The notes below the pieces were generated by a model that worked only from the letters and a program-made list of their open reading frames with translations, ran no database searches and was not told the origin of the DNA. Both the position numbers and the translations under genes were made by a program. Positions 9,367 to 19,796 of a DNA stretch of 64,000 bases are shown in pieces; position 1 is the stretch's first letter; each line of letters opens with the position of its first letter. Origin of the DNA: Spirochaetia bacterium (GTDB lineage: Bacteria; Spirochaetota; Spirochaetia; DSM-2461); NCBI GenBank assembly GCA_963668315.1, contig OY764216.1, positions 1,632,001-1,696,000 of the forward strand. The letters run 5' to 3'.

Positions 9367-11883
9367 TTATTTCACCCAGTAAGTAACAAGATTGAACTTC
9401 TGCCGGACATCTCCGTCATCCCCGTTAAAGGATACGGGTATGCACATTATACCCCAGCGAAAGCATTCTCTGTCATAATCTTCTTCATTGGGAAAATATC
9501 CCACATTTCCGCTTATTGTCGTTCCCTCGCTTGTATTATAACTATTGTTATATGAATACTGAAAGCCATAACCATATTCTACAACTACCTTAATCCATGA
9601 ACTAAGGGATGTTTCGTTTTTTACCCCGAGAGTCATGTTATAGTCATATGTCTCAGTCCGGGAGTCGCTGGTTGAAATCCCCATCCCCGCTTCCGAGGCC
9701 GACTCTCCGACGGTCTGCTCCCAGGTGGTAAAGATTCCTTCCGAGGCATCACTGAGGGTTTCCATCTCCTCTTTCGTATAATAGGAAGAGATATCACCGG
9801 GAGTATGTTTCAGAAGGTCATCGGGAATCCGGTTTTCTTCCGATACGGATTTATTGTATTTCGAAAGAGATACAAACATGGTCTGGTAGTCCCTTGGTAC
9901 TGACACTGTATAATATTCACTCATAGGGGTGAAATTATCAGGGTAATTCAGATAGGTGTACAAATACACATCCAGAGGAACAACGGCGCATATGACCATA
10001 TCCTTACCGGCCATATTGGTATAAGTTACTTCCGATTCATATGAATGCTCAACGCAGAATCCGAAAGCAAAATCATGATGGGTCGTAATCGAATTGATAC
10101 TTTCTATGTACTCAAGATCCCCGCCAACACCTGCTGATCCTTCAATATACCACCCAAATGAATAGGAGTCCTCCTCGCTGTTACCGCAAGTCATGGCATA
10201 TGTCGTTCCGCTGTCTTCAATATTCATACTAGGTGTATAGGGCGGAGAAGCCAGGACCGCAAGAATTTTTGGTTCAGAGAATACCAGTTTACGGCCGTAA
10301 TACTGCAAGATCAATGAGTCGTCATCCACATTGCCGCAGGCAATGCAGGGGCAGTACTCATCGGAATTCAGGGAAATCTCCTGGTAGAATCGATTGGTCT
10401 CCTGTTCTTCGTCCCGACCCCAGACACAAAATGTATCGTATTCATCCACAGTCATATATTCCGTGTCTCTTTTTAACCAGCATACGTAGGAATCCCTGAT
10501 AAAGGCCAGATCGTCTATACCGTCTCCGGTAAAGTCTCCCGCTACTGCCAGATCATTATTCATACGGTTAAAGTCGCCGTCTGTGATATCGTCGTATATC
10601 TGAAAGTCCGCTTCATCGAAATTACCATTCCCGTCATAGGTATAGATTGTATCCATGATCAGAACGTCGACTGCGTTATCGGAGTTGAAATCGCCTGCGG
10701 CTGTCATGGGAATCTGAAAATTTCCATGGTAATGGCCTCCGTCTTTCCAGTTGTGATCGCTGATAAATTTGTATGCATTCAGCAATTCTGTCTCATTGTA
10801 AGTTCTGTCGCTCTTGTAAAATTTCATAATAAACGCATAGGCATCTACCGATGGAGTAAATCCTGCATCAGACGCGTTATCGACACCGGCGAAAAGAACC
10901 TCGTCAAGGCCGTCGCGGTCAAAATCGGCAGTCACAATTTCTGCCGCACAGAGAGAATGTCCGCCGCTGGTAAGATCTTTACTTGTAACTGGTCCATTTC
11001 CATTTAGATCCAATCCTGATTCGCTTCCCGTATAAATACTATAGGTCCCGACACCACACTGAACATCGGTCCCGTTTGTAACGACCAGATCCATGTATTT
11101 ATCACCATTCAGGTTGGCAGATTCAACTCTGACAAAGTTGAAATACCCCCATCCTTCATATGCGGAATCATCATCTTTATAAACCGCATATGAACAAGTT
11201 CCCATCGTGGAAAGATCACTATCCAGGATGGTGAGCGTATTGTGGCAGGAGAACGCGATTTCCGCTTCACCATCGCCGTCAAAATCACCGGCGCATACAT
11301 CCCGCATCTGCGACTGTTGATACCGCATATACCATGAATTCATAACAGCCAGGCCGCTGTTTTTTATGCTTTCTGTCGCCACTGTATTATTGTCATTTTT
11401 ATCGTCAATCCTGATATAGATATCATCTGATCTGTAGGCTACGGTCACTATTTCATCATATCCGTCGCCGTCCGTATCGGCCATAACGCTCTTTTTGGGA
11501 CAACTCGTCCAGGCTATGGAGCTGTCAAACATTTTAGATATGCTTGCGCTGCTGTCTCCAAGTTTATCGAGTAACTGCCCGCGTCCGGCATCGCTGATAT
11601 CGACTCCTGAGAGGAATATTTCTTTTAATTTGAAGGAATAAATATCAGATCCCAGCGGATGAGTATCTCCCACTTCCTCGCCGAAATCATTGACTGCCTC
11701 TCCCAGGTCCAGGTCGAATCCCAGGGCTATCAGAGAGTCTTCCTTCTCAATTTCGGTCACAGTATCTCCCCCGTCCTCGCTCGTTTCATTATTGTCGTTA
11801 CCCATGTTACAGCCTGTAAAAACAATGAGCGTAGCCAACAACAGGTTCAAAAGAAACATTTTTCCTACTTTCCTTCTTTTCAT
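9367..11883 (-). CDS. Large lipoprotein with FG-GAP/VCBS-like repeats and a beta-rich C-terminal domain
   Basis: Lipobox FTGC; repeated DxDGDGxDE-type motifs (DTDGDGYDEI, GDFDGDGEAEI, ADFDRDGLDEV, GDFTGDGIDDL). Confidence 0.8.
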   Translation of the reverse strand: MKRRKVGKMFLLNLLLATLIVFTGCNMGNDNNETSEDGGDTVTEIEKEDSLIALGFDLDLGEAVNDFGEEVGDTHPLGSDIYSFKLKEIFLSGVDISDAGRGQLLDKLGDSSASISKMFDSSIAWTSCPKKSVMADTDGDGYDEIVTVAYRSDDIYIRIDDKNDNNTVATESIKNSGLAVMNSWYMRYQQSQMRDVCAGDFDGDGEAEIAFSCHNTLTILDSDLSTMGTCSYAVYKDDDSAYEGWGYFNFVRVESANLNGDKYMDLVVTNGTDVQCGVGTYSIYTGSESGLDLNGNGPVTSKDLTSGGHSLCAAEIVTADFDRDGLDEVLFAGVDNASDAGFTPSVDAYAFIMKFYKSDRTYNETELLNAYKFISDHNWKDGGHYHGNFQIPMTAAGDFNSDNAVDVLIMDTIYTYDGNGNFDEADFQIYDDITDGDFNRMNNDLAVAGDFTGDGIDDLAFIRDSYVCWLKRDTEYMTVDEYDTFCVWGRDEEQETNRFYQEISLNSDEYCPCIACGNVDDDSLILQYYGRKLVFSEPKILAVLASPPYTPSMNIEDSGTTYAMTCGNSEEDSYSFGWYIEGSAGVGGDLEYIESINSITTHHDFAFGFCVEHSYESEVTYTNMAGKDMVICAVVPLDVYLYTYLNYPDNFTPMSEYYTVSVPRDYQTMFVSLSKYNKSVSEENRIPDDLLKHTPGDISSYYTKEEMETLSDASEGIFTTWEQTVGESASEAGMGISTSDSRTETYDYNMTLGVKNETSLSSWIKVVVEYGYGFQYSYNNSYNTSEGTTISGNVGYFPNEEDYDRECFRWGIMCIPVSFNGDDGDVRQKFNLVTYWVK

Positions 11884-12009
11884 TTTTATCCCCTTACTGC
11901 AATCTCAAGCAATATGCTTGATTGGCAGATACGTGTTTTGAATAAGAATAAGGGAGAAAGCTTTAGGAATCGTCCTGATTCAAGACAAAGCGTAAATCCG
12001 GAGATATTT

Positions 12010-13107
12010 TTATTGAAAGGTTTTTTTTCTCATAAAGTTGTGGGGAGCTTCGCTCGTTTCTCTTTTAAAATAATTATAGAAAGACGAAACCGAATTAAAT
12101 CCGCAGGAAAGGGCAATTTCCACAACACTTTTATCCGGTTCAGAGAGGAGAAGTTCCTTTGCTTTCTCAATCCTGTAAGAATTGATAAAGGAATTGAAAT
12201 TTTTCTGAAACCGATTATTGATCAGCATCGAGAGGTTCCTCTGAGACATCATCAGCTTTCTTGCCAATGATTCTATGGTGAGTTCGGAGTTCATAAAGAT
12301 TTCTTCGTCTTCCATAAGCTGGATAAGGCGTGCTTCGATAAGGGAGTTGTCCCGGCTTCTTGCCATGGATAATCCGTACCTTATATCTCTCGCTTCTTTT
12401 ATGACTTTGATGGCGAATTCCGGATTTCGGAAAGAAAAAATCATATGGTAGGCTGGAAGAATAATGAAGAACACAAGGCCTATGATCAACAGGATAGTAA
12501 TATTCAATAAGTTAGATAGGACTAATAAAGAACCGGCCGTAAAGAAACACATGAGAGAAAAAAATATGTACTTTATCTCACGGGTCATGGTTTTAGTCCT
12601 GAATAGAACGGATATATTATATAGACCCGTAAAAATATAGAGAGTGACATAGGCGTCGCAGATCGTATTGATCATTCTTAGTTTTCCGTTTATGGAATAG
12701 TCCGGCAAGAGTCCGGGGTCGTCTATGTAAGCTTGCAGAAGGGAGCTGTCGGTCATATCAATAATGAGAACAAGTATGAAGGAAATTATGAAAGGAATCG
12801 AATGCAGCAGTATCGAGGATGTCCTGTAAGCTTTGACTCCGGTTATCATTGAATAGTAGAGGAAGAAAAAAGGCGCGGCGAGGAAACTGAGGGGAATCTC
12901 CATATTCAGGAGAAAGGGAAGGCTCTTAAGTAGTCCCAGGCTGTAAGACCAGTAATAAAGGAAAATTAAACCGGTACAGAAGAAAGCTCCCGCGAGAAAG
13001 TAGTTTATCTGCAGTTTCCGTTTATAATTAAGCTGGACTATGGAAAAGAAGGTGAACAGAACAAAGGATGTGAAAGTAATGTTCTGGTATATTATTAAGA
13101 GACTCAT
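12010..13107 (-). CDS. Membrane-anchored AraC-family regulator
   Basis: About 7 TM helices, then C-terminal FNSFINSYRIEKAK...IALSCGFNSVSSFYNYFK. Confidence 0.9.
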   Translation of the reverse strand: MSLLIIYQNITFTSFVLFTFFSIVQLNYKRKLQINYFLAGAFFCTGLIFLYYWSYSLGLLKSLPFLLNMEIPLSFLAAPFFFLYYSMITGVKAYRTSSILLHSIPFIISFILVLIIDMTDSSLLQAYIDDPGLLPDYSINGKLRMINTICDAYVTLYIFTGLYNISVLFRTKTMTREIKYIFFSLMCFFTAGSLLVLSNLLNITILLIIGLVFFIILPAYHMIFSFRNPEFAIKVIKEARDIRYGLSMARSRDNSLIEARLIQLMEDEEIFMNSELTIESLARKLMMSQRNLSMLINNRFQKNFNSFINSYRIEKAKELLLSEPDKSVVEIALSCGFNSVSSFYNYFKRETSEAPHNFMRKKTFQ

Positions 13108-13214
13108 AGTTTTCTTTTCCCATCGAAATCATTACTATTCATTGGGCTTATTTTATTCTAGCAGAAGAAATACCATTTGGAAAGATAAATAATTATGAAT
13201 TAAGCTAAATGGTT

Positions 13215-14411
13215 TTAGCTGGAAATCTCCGACTGTTTTCGATAATGATTCCAGATTAGGGCGATCAGCAGCAACAGGGGAAAGACTATGGCAGCCAGAA
13301 TCCCTTTTTTCAAACTGTCATCAGCGGCGGACGATACCATTCCGACAACGGTCGGTCCTGCGGAACAGCCCACGTCTCCGGCCAGTGCGAAAAGGGCGAA
13401 CATAAGGGTTCCGCCGTTTTTAATCCCGGCGGAACCGGCGCTGAAAGTTCCGGGCCACATTATGCCTACGGATAATCCGCAGACTCCGCAGCCAATCAGG
13501 CCCATCAGGGGAAAGGGCGATAATGCCGTAAGCAGATAGCTCCCTATGCAGAGAACACAGCTGCCGACCATGAAATACTCCAGGTTTATGCGTTCTCCGA
13601 ACTTACCGTAATACACTCTCGCGATTCCCATCATGATGGCAAAAAACATCGGCCCCGCTATATCGCCTAATGTCTTTGATATTCCCAGACCCATTTCTGC
13701 ATAGGTGGACGCCCACTGGCTTACCGCCTGTTCGCTCGCTCCGGAACAAATCATCATCAGTATCATAATCCAGAATACTTTGTTCCAAAGCAGTTCCTTT
13801 ACACTCAGACCTGTTTCGTTGTCCCCAATCAGGTGGGTAATCGGCACTTTTGAGAATAAAAGGCTGTTGATTAGGGGGACTACCGCCCAGAGCATGGCCA
13901 TATATTTCCAGTTTTCAATGCCGAAAAGCAGGAAAAAGAGGGTGGAAATCAAAACGACTGCCACATGTCCCCAGCAATAGAAGGAATGGAGCATGCTCAT
14001 CGCCATCTCTTTATTGGCTGTAGGACTTGCCTCGACGATCGGACTAATCAGTACTTCAAGCAATCCGCCCCCCACGGCATAAACCATAACGGCGATTAAA
14101 ACCCCTGTGGACGGATCCTGCATAATCTCCGGAAGTATTGTCAGGAGTATGAATCCCGCCGCGGCGAATATATGGGCCAGAACCGCAGAGGTCCGGTAGC
14201 CTATTTTATCGATGAACCCTGCGGCCAGAAAATCAACGGTCATCTGTATGGTGAAATTGAAGGTAACCAGAAGAGTTATCCGGGACAGGGGGATTCCATA
14301 GGTCGAATGGAATGTCAAAAAAAGCAAAGGAATGAAATTATTCACTATTGCCTGAACGATGTATCCGGTAAAGCAGGCATAGATGGTATGGCGATAGGTC
14401 AGTTCTTTCAT
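13215..14411 (-). CDS. MFS transporter
   Basis: About 12 hydrophobic segments; motif A-like GFIDKIGYR. Confidence 0.85.
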   Translation of the reverse strand: MKELTYRHTIYACFTGYIVQAIVNNFIPLLFLTFHSTYGIPLSRITLLVTFNFTIQMTVDFLAAGFIDKIGYRTSAVLAHIFAAAGFILLTILPEIMQDPSTGVLIAVMVYAVGGGLLEVLISPIVEASPTANKEMAMSMLHSFYCWGHVAVVLISTLFFLLFGIENWKYMAMLWAVVPLINSLLFSKVPITHLIGDNETGLSVKELLWNKVFWIMILMMICSGASEQAVSQWASTYAEMGLGISKTLGDIAGPMFFAIMMGIARVYYGKFGERINLEYFMVGSCVLCIGSYLLTALSPFPLMGLIGCGVCGLSVGIMWPGTFSAGSAGIKNGGTLMFALFALAGDVGCSAGPTVVGMVSSAADDSLKKGILAAIVFPLLLLIALIWNHYRKQSEISS

Positions 14412-14514
14412 AAAAACGTGGCTTCCTTCTGTTTATCAAGGATTATACTATGATCCCAATCCGGCGGACAAGAGATATGGTGTCCAAAGAGAAAATGGGA
14501 TATACTAATAAGAT

Positions 14515-14835
14515 ATGAGTAAATGCAGAATCACAGTTCTAAAGCGGGAGTACTATCAGGATCTGGCCGATCAGTACCTGGCTGATCCGAATGTGGGAAA
14601 ATGTAATCTGTTCAAAGAGGGACAGGAATTTCTTGTTGATCAGAAAGATTATTTCCATATGCTGGATGGCAAATTCTGTTCAGAAGCCTGGGACAGTATA
14701 AGCCGATACGTCTATTCGGCTTTGCAGGGCGGTTCTATCATGAAAGGCTGGACCAATGACGAGAAGATCATGATCGCCTGCTGTAACGATGGAACCAGAC
14801 CTGTTATATTTAAAATAGAAAGGATTGACGACTGA
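14515..14835 (+). CDS. TIGR04076-like Cys-rich protein
   Basis: C-x-FKEGQEF, FCSEAW, ACCNDGTRPVIFKIERI. Confidence 0.75.
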   Translation: MSKCRITVLKREYYQDLADQYLADPNVGKCNLFKEGQEFLVDQKDYFHMLDGKFCSEAWDSISRYVYSALQGGSIMKGWTNDEKIMIACCNDGTRPVIFKIERIDD

Positions 14836-14900
14836 TCCGGGCTCCCTGGAGATGAACACCATTTCCCTGCAGGGGCCCTGAATCGTCCGGCATCCCCGTT

Positions 14901-16472
14901 TCAGAAACTCCTGAATCCCCTTGATACATCGACAAACTCTTCATAAACCCAGCCGAATTCTCCGTTGGCTCTTCTGACCATATACCAGGGAGTCGTATCG
15001 TATTTATTTTCTTCCCCGGCCGTATTTGCCGGAAGTCTTGAGTCAATCACAATCAGTTCTTCTTCGTCATCGAAGAGGCCGAGTATTTCGCCGTCCGTGC
15101 CGGGAGTACTTCTGTAGCGCACCCTTGTATCGTTCAGTCTTCCCGAAAGGCCGAATCCCTGTTTTCTGTAATCTTCCGGGGTCAGCTCTTCGGGCAGTCT
15201 GGCTCCGTAGCTTTGAAGCAGGGCCGTCATCTCCGGGGATTTGGCCGACTGCAGAGGGGTGCCGGCTGTGAATTTCCCGAACCCATAGCTGTAGTTCAGA
15301 AGATTTACATTCGCCCCCCCATCAATCAGTATCTTCACCATTTCGGGCTTCCCGTAAGAGATGGCGGAAGTAAGGAAATTGCCGCTTCCTCCCGAGTCCT
15401 CTCCGTTTGAATAACTGAAGGTCGGATGAGTCCCGTCGTATCCGTTGTCAAGGAAGAGCTGCAGCACTTCCGGGGTGGAATAACGAATCACCCGGTAAAG
15501 GTCCCAGCTTGTTCCCAACTCCCCGCCCATATTGTGAGCCGCTCCGGCTTCCAGAAGAAACGTGAGCATTTCCAGGTCGCCCTCTTTAATAGGGTCCCAC
15601 AGGCAGGAAACGGTGGCATCATAGTTGCCCCCGTAACAAGTCTGACTGAAGCCGTTATCAATGAGGAATTTTATCATTTCAAAATCCCTGTCATCGATGC
15701 TTTTAAAAAAGGGCGATTCTCCCCGTTCAATGTACGGGCTATCGTATTTTTTATAGCCGAGAGCCTTGAGTTTTAAAATTGAATCGTAATCCTTGTCCCC
15801 GTAAAAATACCAGAACCATTCGTCTTCCGGCTGGAGAACCATTTTTACTCCCAGGCTGTCCAGGTTCAGGGAGTAACTGGATTCATGATCATATTCGGTT
15901 TTCTCCTTGTTACGGGAGCGGTAGGTTCCGACGAAAAAATTACCTTCGGTCCTATCCCATTTCATCTCCGACACCTCGCCGTAACTGGTTTCCTCCCGGG
16001 AGAGGTAAAGGCTGTCAGAGGGAAGGGCATCCGAATCGAACCTTACCTCCCGGCTGCTTGAGGTGATAAATCGGAACTCCCCATCGGTATAGAATATCTG
16101 CATATGCTGATGCCCGCTATTGGGGTTATAGTAGGGCCCCTCTCTTCTTTCCTTATCCGTTGAAACCAGGGCTATGTCCCCACCGAAGACCCAGTGCTCC
16201 TCCCCGCTGGCTGTACGAATCTTAAAAAAGGGAGCGGTCTGATACCCGAAGGTGTAGGCCCTGGGAGATACTTCCAGTATGTCAGCCATACTTACGGAAT
16301 ATCCCCAGTTGCCGAAGGAATTCACGTCATGGGGGATATTCAGATAGAAACCGGGACTATCCCATCCGCGAATATGCTCTCCCATGGGGATAGCCTTGTA
16401 ATCGGATAGATCGATTTCGGCAAAAGCGAAGGTGCTGACCAGTATAAAGAGGGGAAGTATTAATTTATTCAT
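14901..16472 (-). CDS. Secreted ankyrin-repeat protein with C-terminal SH3b-like domain
   Basis: Signal peptide; ankyrin-like LTSAISYGKPEMVKILIDGGANVN; VRYRSTPG...WYMVR...GWVY. Confidence 0.75.
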   Translation of the reverse strand: MNKLILPLFILVSTFAFAEIDLSDYKAIPMGEHIRGWDSPGFYLNIPHDVNSFGNWGYSVSMADILEVSPRAYTFGYQTAPFFKIRTASGEEHWVFGGDIALVSTDKERREGPYYNPNSGHQHMQIFYTDGEFRFITSSSREVRFDSDALPSDSLYLSREETSYGEVSEMKWDRTEGNFFVGTYRSRNKEKTEYDHESSYSLNLDSLGVKMVLQPEDEWFWYFYGDKDYDSILKLKALGYKKYDSPYIERGESPFFKSIDDRDFEMIKFLIDNGFSQTCYGGNYDATVSCLWDPIKEGDLEMLTFLLEAGAAHNMGGELGTSWDLYRVIRYSTPEVLQLFLDNGYDGTHPTFSYSNGEDSGGSGNFLTSAISYGKPEMVKILIDGGANVNLLNYSYGFGKFTAGTPLQSAKSPEMTALLQSYGARLPEELTPEDYRKQGFGLSGRLNDTRVRYRSTPGTDGEILGLFDDEEELIVIDSRLPANTAGEENKYDTTPWYMVRRANGEFGWVYEEFVDVSRGFRSF

Positions 16473-16673
16473 AGCGGGGGGATTTTATATTTTATGGGGA
16501 TGACTGTCAAATGAGCGCTATTCTGAGTTATAGCGCTTTCTGGCTTATGGGTTACCAAGAATCATTGATTCTCCTTTCTTCAGAATTGGGAATAGTTTAC
16601 TTTCCTGTTACTTCATTCAGATATATTCCATGTAAATCATAAGAAAAGTTTCTGAAGGTAAAGGGTAATATAA

Positions 16674-18923
16674 GTGTCCGTTAAACATTACTGTATACTC
16701 ATCGTATCATTTTTAGTCTTCTCCCTGTCGTCCATTACGGCGGATGATGCATCCGGTGTGAGAGAAACTCCGAAAATCGCTCTTGTTTTACAGGGAGGAG
16801 GGGCCCTGGGAATTGCTCATATCGCCGTAATTAAAGAAATTGAACATCTGGGAATACCAATCGATATGGTTGTCGGGACCAGTATGGGATCGATAATCGG
16901 AGGGTTATATTCCGCGGGATATTCCCCGGAGGAGATGGAAGATCTTATCCGGACTACCGATTGGATGGAACTGTTCCTTCCGGAAATACCGAACAGCAAA
17001 AAAACGATCTGGGACCGTTACGATGAATCCCGATATATCTCAATGGGATTTTCCAGGAAGAAGCTGGATGCAGCGAAGGGATTATTATCTGACAAAAACA
17101 TCCTTCTTTATTTTGACAGACTGACTCTTCACTATGGGAACAATATTGATTTTGATACGCTCAGCCGTAAGTTCCGGGCTGTTGCTACGGATATTATGAC
17201 CGGAGAAAGGGTTGTTTTGAGCCATGGCTGTCTTTCCGATGCCATGAGAGCCAGCATGGGAATTCCCGGTGTTTTTGCACCCTATGCTGTGGGTAATCAT
17301 ATTCTTGTAGATGGAGGAGTCGTCGATAACCTTCCCATTGATGTGGCGAAGGAGCTGGGAGCGGATTACATTATTGCCGTACAGTTGAGCGGAGGGATCG
17401 ATTATTCCCTTGAAGAATTAAAGTCTTCACCTCTTATCCCCTTATCAAAGACAATTGATCTCCTAATTGAGCAGAATGTCAGATCTCAGCTCGATAAGGC
17501 TGATTTCCTGCTTACTATAGATCTTTCCGGATATCAGGCGGCTGATTTTTTACAGGGAGAAGAGATTCTGGAAATCGGCGAGGGGGTGGTTCGTGATAAT
17601 TCTGAAAGATTCCTTTCCCTTCGGGAAGAAATATATCAGATGAGGGCCGACACGAAAGGCTCCGATTCGGTATTAGTCCCGCCTCCCATTACAAGTCTTA
17701 CCGTAAGAGGAGCGACCAAAAAGGATGGGGAGAGAATAGAAGAAGCTTTCCACTCATTTCTGGGACACAGTCCGGATAGGGACGTCATAGAATCGGTATT
17801 GGAGGAATTATCGTCGGGTAATGTCTATCAGTCCATACGGATCGGGCGAAATTCCCCGGGAGAGGGGGGAGATGAATTACAGCTGAGACTTGAGAAGAAC
17901 CAGAACGTGAACAGCATTAATCTCGGGTTCTCTTCCGCCTCGACCTATTCTGATCAGGTTGGCAGTACCGAGGTCATATCCGGTGCCATTATTATGAGGG
18001 GACTATTCATCCCCGGTTCAAAATGGACGGTAGGATTTCAGCAGAATGATTCTCCCGGTCTTTATTTTACCTTTCTGCAGCCTGTGGGTCCCTTGTACCT
18101 TCGCTTTTTGAATTCCATATCAACCCAGGCGGACTTCGAATCTCTCGGTAGATTGGATGATAGTTCCTTTAAGTTCCAGAAAAGTGATACTACGATCATG
18201 GCGGGATTAAATCCCCTGAATACCGTTGATCTTTCAGTAGGTTTCAGTTACGACTCTTTCAGCTATAGTGAAGAGTATAATGAGATGATAGGGGAAGATA
18301 GGGAATCAAAATATCCTGTTTTTGTCAGTCATGCCGATCTGTTGACTCTTGATTCTTTCATTTTTCCTGAAAGAGGAGTTCATGCAAGAGTCTCATACCT
18401 TCATGATCTGCAAGGGTATATTTCGGAAAACAGTTTTCGGGTTTTTGAAACGGAAGGAACACTCGCGGTCCCTCTGACATCCTCTCTTTCATGTGAGCTT
18501 GAATGGGATGGAGGAACGGACTTCTCCGACAGGGAAGACGGAAGACCTGCCGCCCCGGTATTCTATAGACCCCAGCTGAATAACAGGAGGATGTTTCCTG
18601 AGAGTCTTGAGGGACAGGAAAGGACGGGAAGCTATACAGCGGGAATAAGCTTTCTATGCAAATACAGAATTCATAGAGATCTTAAAGATCCCCTCTTTCC
18701 CCTGTATTTTCTCATTCAGGGATCGGCAGGGTATTCCATGCAGGACTTTGATCAGGTGATGAATGGGGCGGATTATCTCTCCTGGAATGCGATCCTGGGG
18801 GGCGGTGTCAGGCTGTCCGATTCATTGGGCGTAATGCTCAAAACGGGGAGCTCATACGGATTTATCAATGGTCAGAGAGGCTTTATTGCCATTGACATCG
18901 GATCTTTCGGAATAAGGGATTAA
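16674..18923 (+). CDS. Patatin-like phospholipase with probable POTRA and beta-barrel (PlpD-like)
   Basis: GGGALG, GTSMG nucleophile, DGG motif; signal peptide; beta-strand-rich C-terminus. Confidence 0.82.
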   Translation: MSVKHYCILIVSFLVFSLSSITADDASGVRETPKIALVLQGGGALGIAHIAVIKEIEHLGIPIDMVVGTSMGSIIGGLYSAGYSPEEMEDLIRTTDWMELFLPEIPNSKKTIWDRYDESRYISMGFSRKKLDAAKGLLSDKNILLYFDRLTLHYGNNIDFDTLSRKFRAVATDIMTGERVVLSHGCLSDAMRASMGIPGVFAPYAVGNHILVDGGVVDNLPIDVAKELGADYIIAVQLSGGIDYSLEELKSSPLIPLSKTIDLLIEQNVRSQLDKADFLLTIDLSGYQAADFLQGEEILEIGEGVVRDNSERFLSLREEIYQMRADTKGSDSVLVPPPITSLTVRGATKKDGERIEEAFHSFLGHSPDRDVIESVLEELSSGNVYQSIRIGRNSPGEGGDELQLRLEKNQNVNSINLGFSSASTYSDQVGSTEVISGAIIMRGLFIPGSKWTVGFQQNDSPGLYFTFLQPVGPLYLRFLNSISTQADFESLGRLDDSSFKFQKSDTTIMAGLNPLNTVDLSVGFSYDSFSYSEEYNEMIGEDRESKYPVFVSHADLLTLDSFIFPERGVHARVSYLHDLQGYISENSFRVFETEGTLAVPLTSSLSCELEWDGGTDFSDREDGRPAAPVFYRPQLNNRRMFPESLEGQERTGSYTAGISFLCKYRIHRDLKDPLFPLYFLIQGSAGYSMQDFDQVMNGADYLSWNAILGGGVRLSDSLGVMLKTGSSYGFINGQRGFIAIDIGSFGIRD

Positions 18924-19054
18924 GCCTCGCCGGCTGTCGGAGATACGCCCGGGGGGAACCGTGATCCCCGTACGGGGACTTTTGAGGAACAAATAATGAA
19001 TAATCAATTCAATCCGGCAATAAAATCTGCGGTGGCTGTCCTTATCCTGGTGAA

Positions 19055-19095
19055 GACTCCGGGTATCAAAGGGGCAATTAAGGCGTCATACCCGA
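19055..19095. repeat. Degenerate relic of the att arm-site pair
   Basis: caaaggggcaattaaggcgtcatacccga matches aaaagggtcaataaaggcatcaatcccga (27723-27751) at 23 of 29 positions by hand. Confidence 0.55.
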
Positions 19096-19143
19096 TCTAT
19101 ATTTATAGTCTATTGACTTTATGTTTCAATTAGTAGTATGGTA

Positions 19144-19310
19144 AACAAGCAAGTAAGTATTTTTCATTTATTTTTTTTGATCCATTTTTGAGCTTAAGAT
19201 TCCGATCGTTTCTACTTTCCGTTTCCTTTTAACTTTTCTGTATCAATTTATCTAATCTGAATTATTTCCTTGATAAATAAAACCGGAGAATCCGGTAAAA
19301 GGAGACGCAC
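19144..19310 (+). promoter_or_regulatory. Conserved U-rich 5' leader of RRM gene 1
   Basis: Colinear similarity to 38490-38650 (minus strand); accgg/ccggt hairpin just before the aaggag RBS. Confidence 0.7.
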
Positions 19311-19580
19311 ATGTCAAGCAATATTTATGTAGGCAACCTTAGTTGGAATCTGAACGAATCTGATCTTCAGAACCTTTTTAGCGAATTTGGTGACGTTGAA
19401 TCTGTGAAAATCATCTTTGACAGGGACACTAATCGTTCAAAGGGATTCGGATTTGTCGAAATGTCAGATAATGATTCCGCTTCAAAAGCGATTTCTGCTC
19501 TTAATGGAAAGGAACTCGATGGCAGAAATATTAGGGTTAACATGTCAGAGCCAAGACCTAATAGGGGTCGGAACTACTAA
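19311..19580 (+). CDS. RRM (RNP-1) RNA-binding protein
   Basis: RNP2 IYVGNL and RNP1 KGFGFVEM. Confidence 0.95.
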   Translation: MSSNIYVGNLSWNLNESDLQNLFSEFGDVESVKIIFDRDTNRSKGFGFVEMSDNDSASKAISALNGKELDGRNIRVNMSEPRPNRGRNY

Positions 19581-19594
19581 GACTGATATTAAAT

Positions 19595-19626
19595 AAAAAA
19601 AAGGTCACTTATGGTGACCTTTTTTT
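19595..19626. terminator. Bidirectional intrinsic terminator
   Basis: A-tract, aggtcac-ttatg-gtgacct, T-tract. Confidence 0.75.
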
Positions 19627-19637
19627 ATGGAGAAATA

Positions 19638-19796
19638 ATGGGAAAAACGAACTACAGTTATGAAAAAAGAAAGCGGGAATTGGATAAACAGAAGAAGAAA
19701 GAAGAAAAGCTGAAGAAAAAACAGCTAAAGAAAGAGATGGTTGATAATCCTGGTGAATTTGAGATCATTGAAAAAACCGAAGATGAAGAAGAGTAG
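19638..19796 (+). CDS. Small Lys/Glu-rich protein
   Basis: MGKTNYSYEKRKRELDKQKKKEEK with ggag RBS. Confidence 0.6.
   Translation: MGKTNYSYEKRKRELDKQKKKEEKLKKKQLKKEMVDNPGEFEIIEKTEDEEE

Noticed and set aside
18929..18947. gctgtcgg..atacg similarity with 51686-51701
   Set aside because: Too short to distinguish from chance
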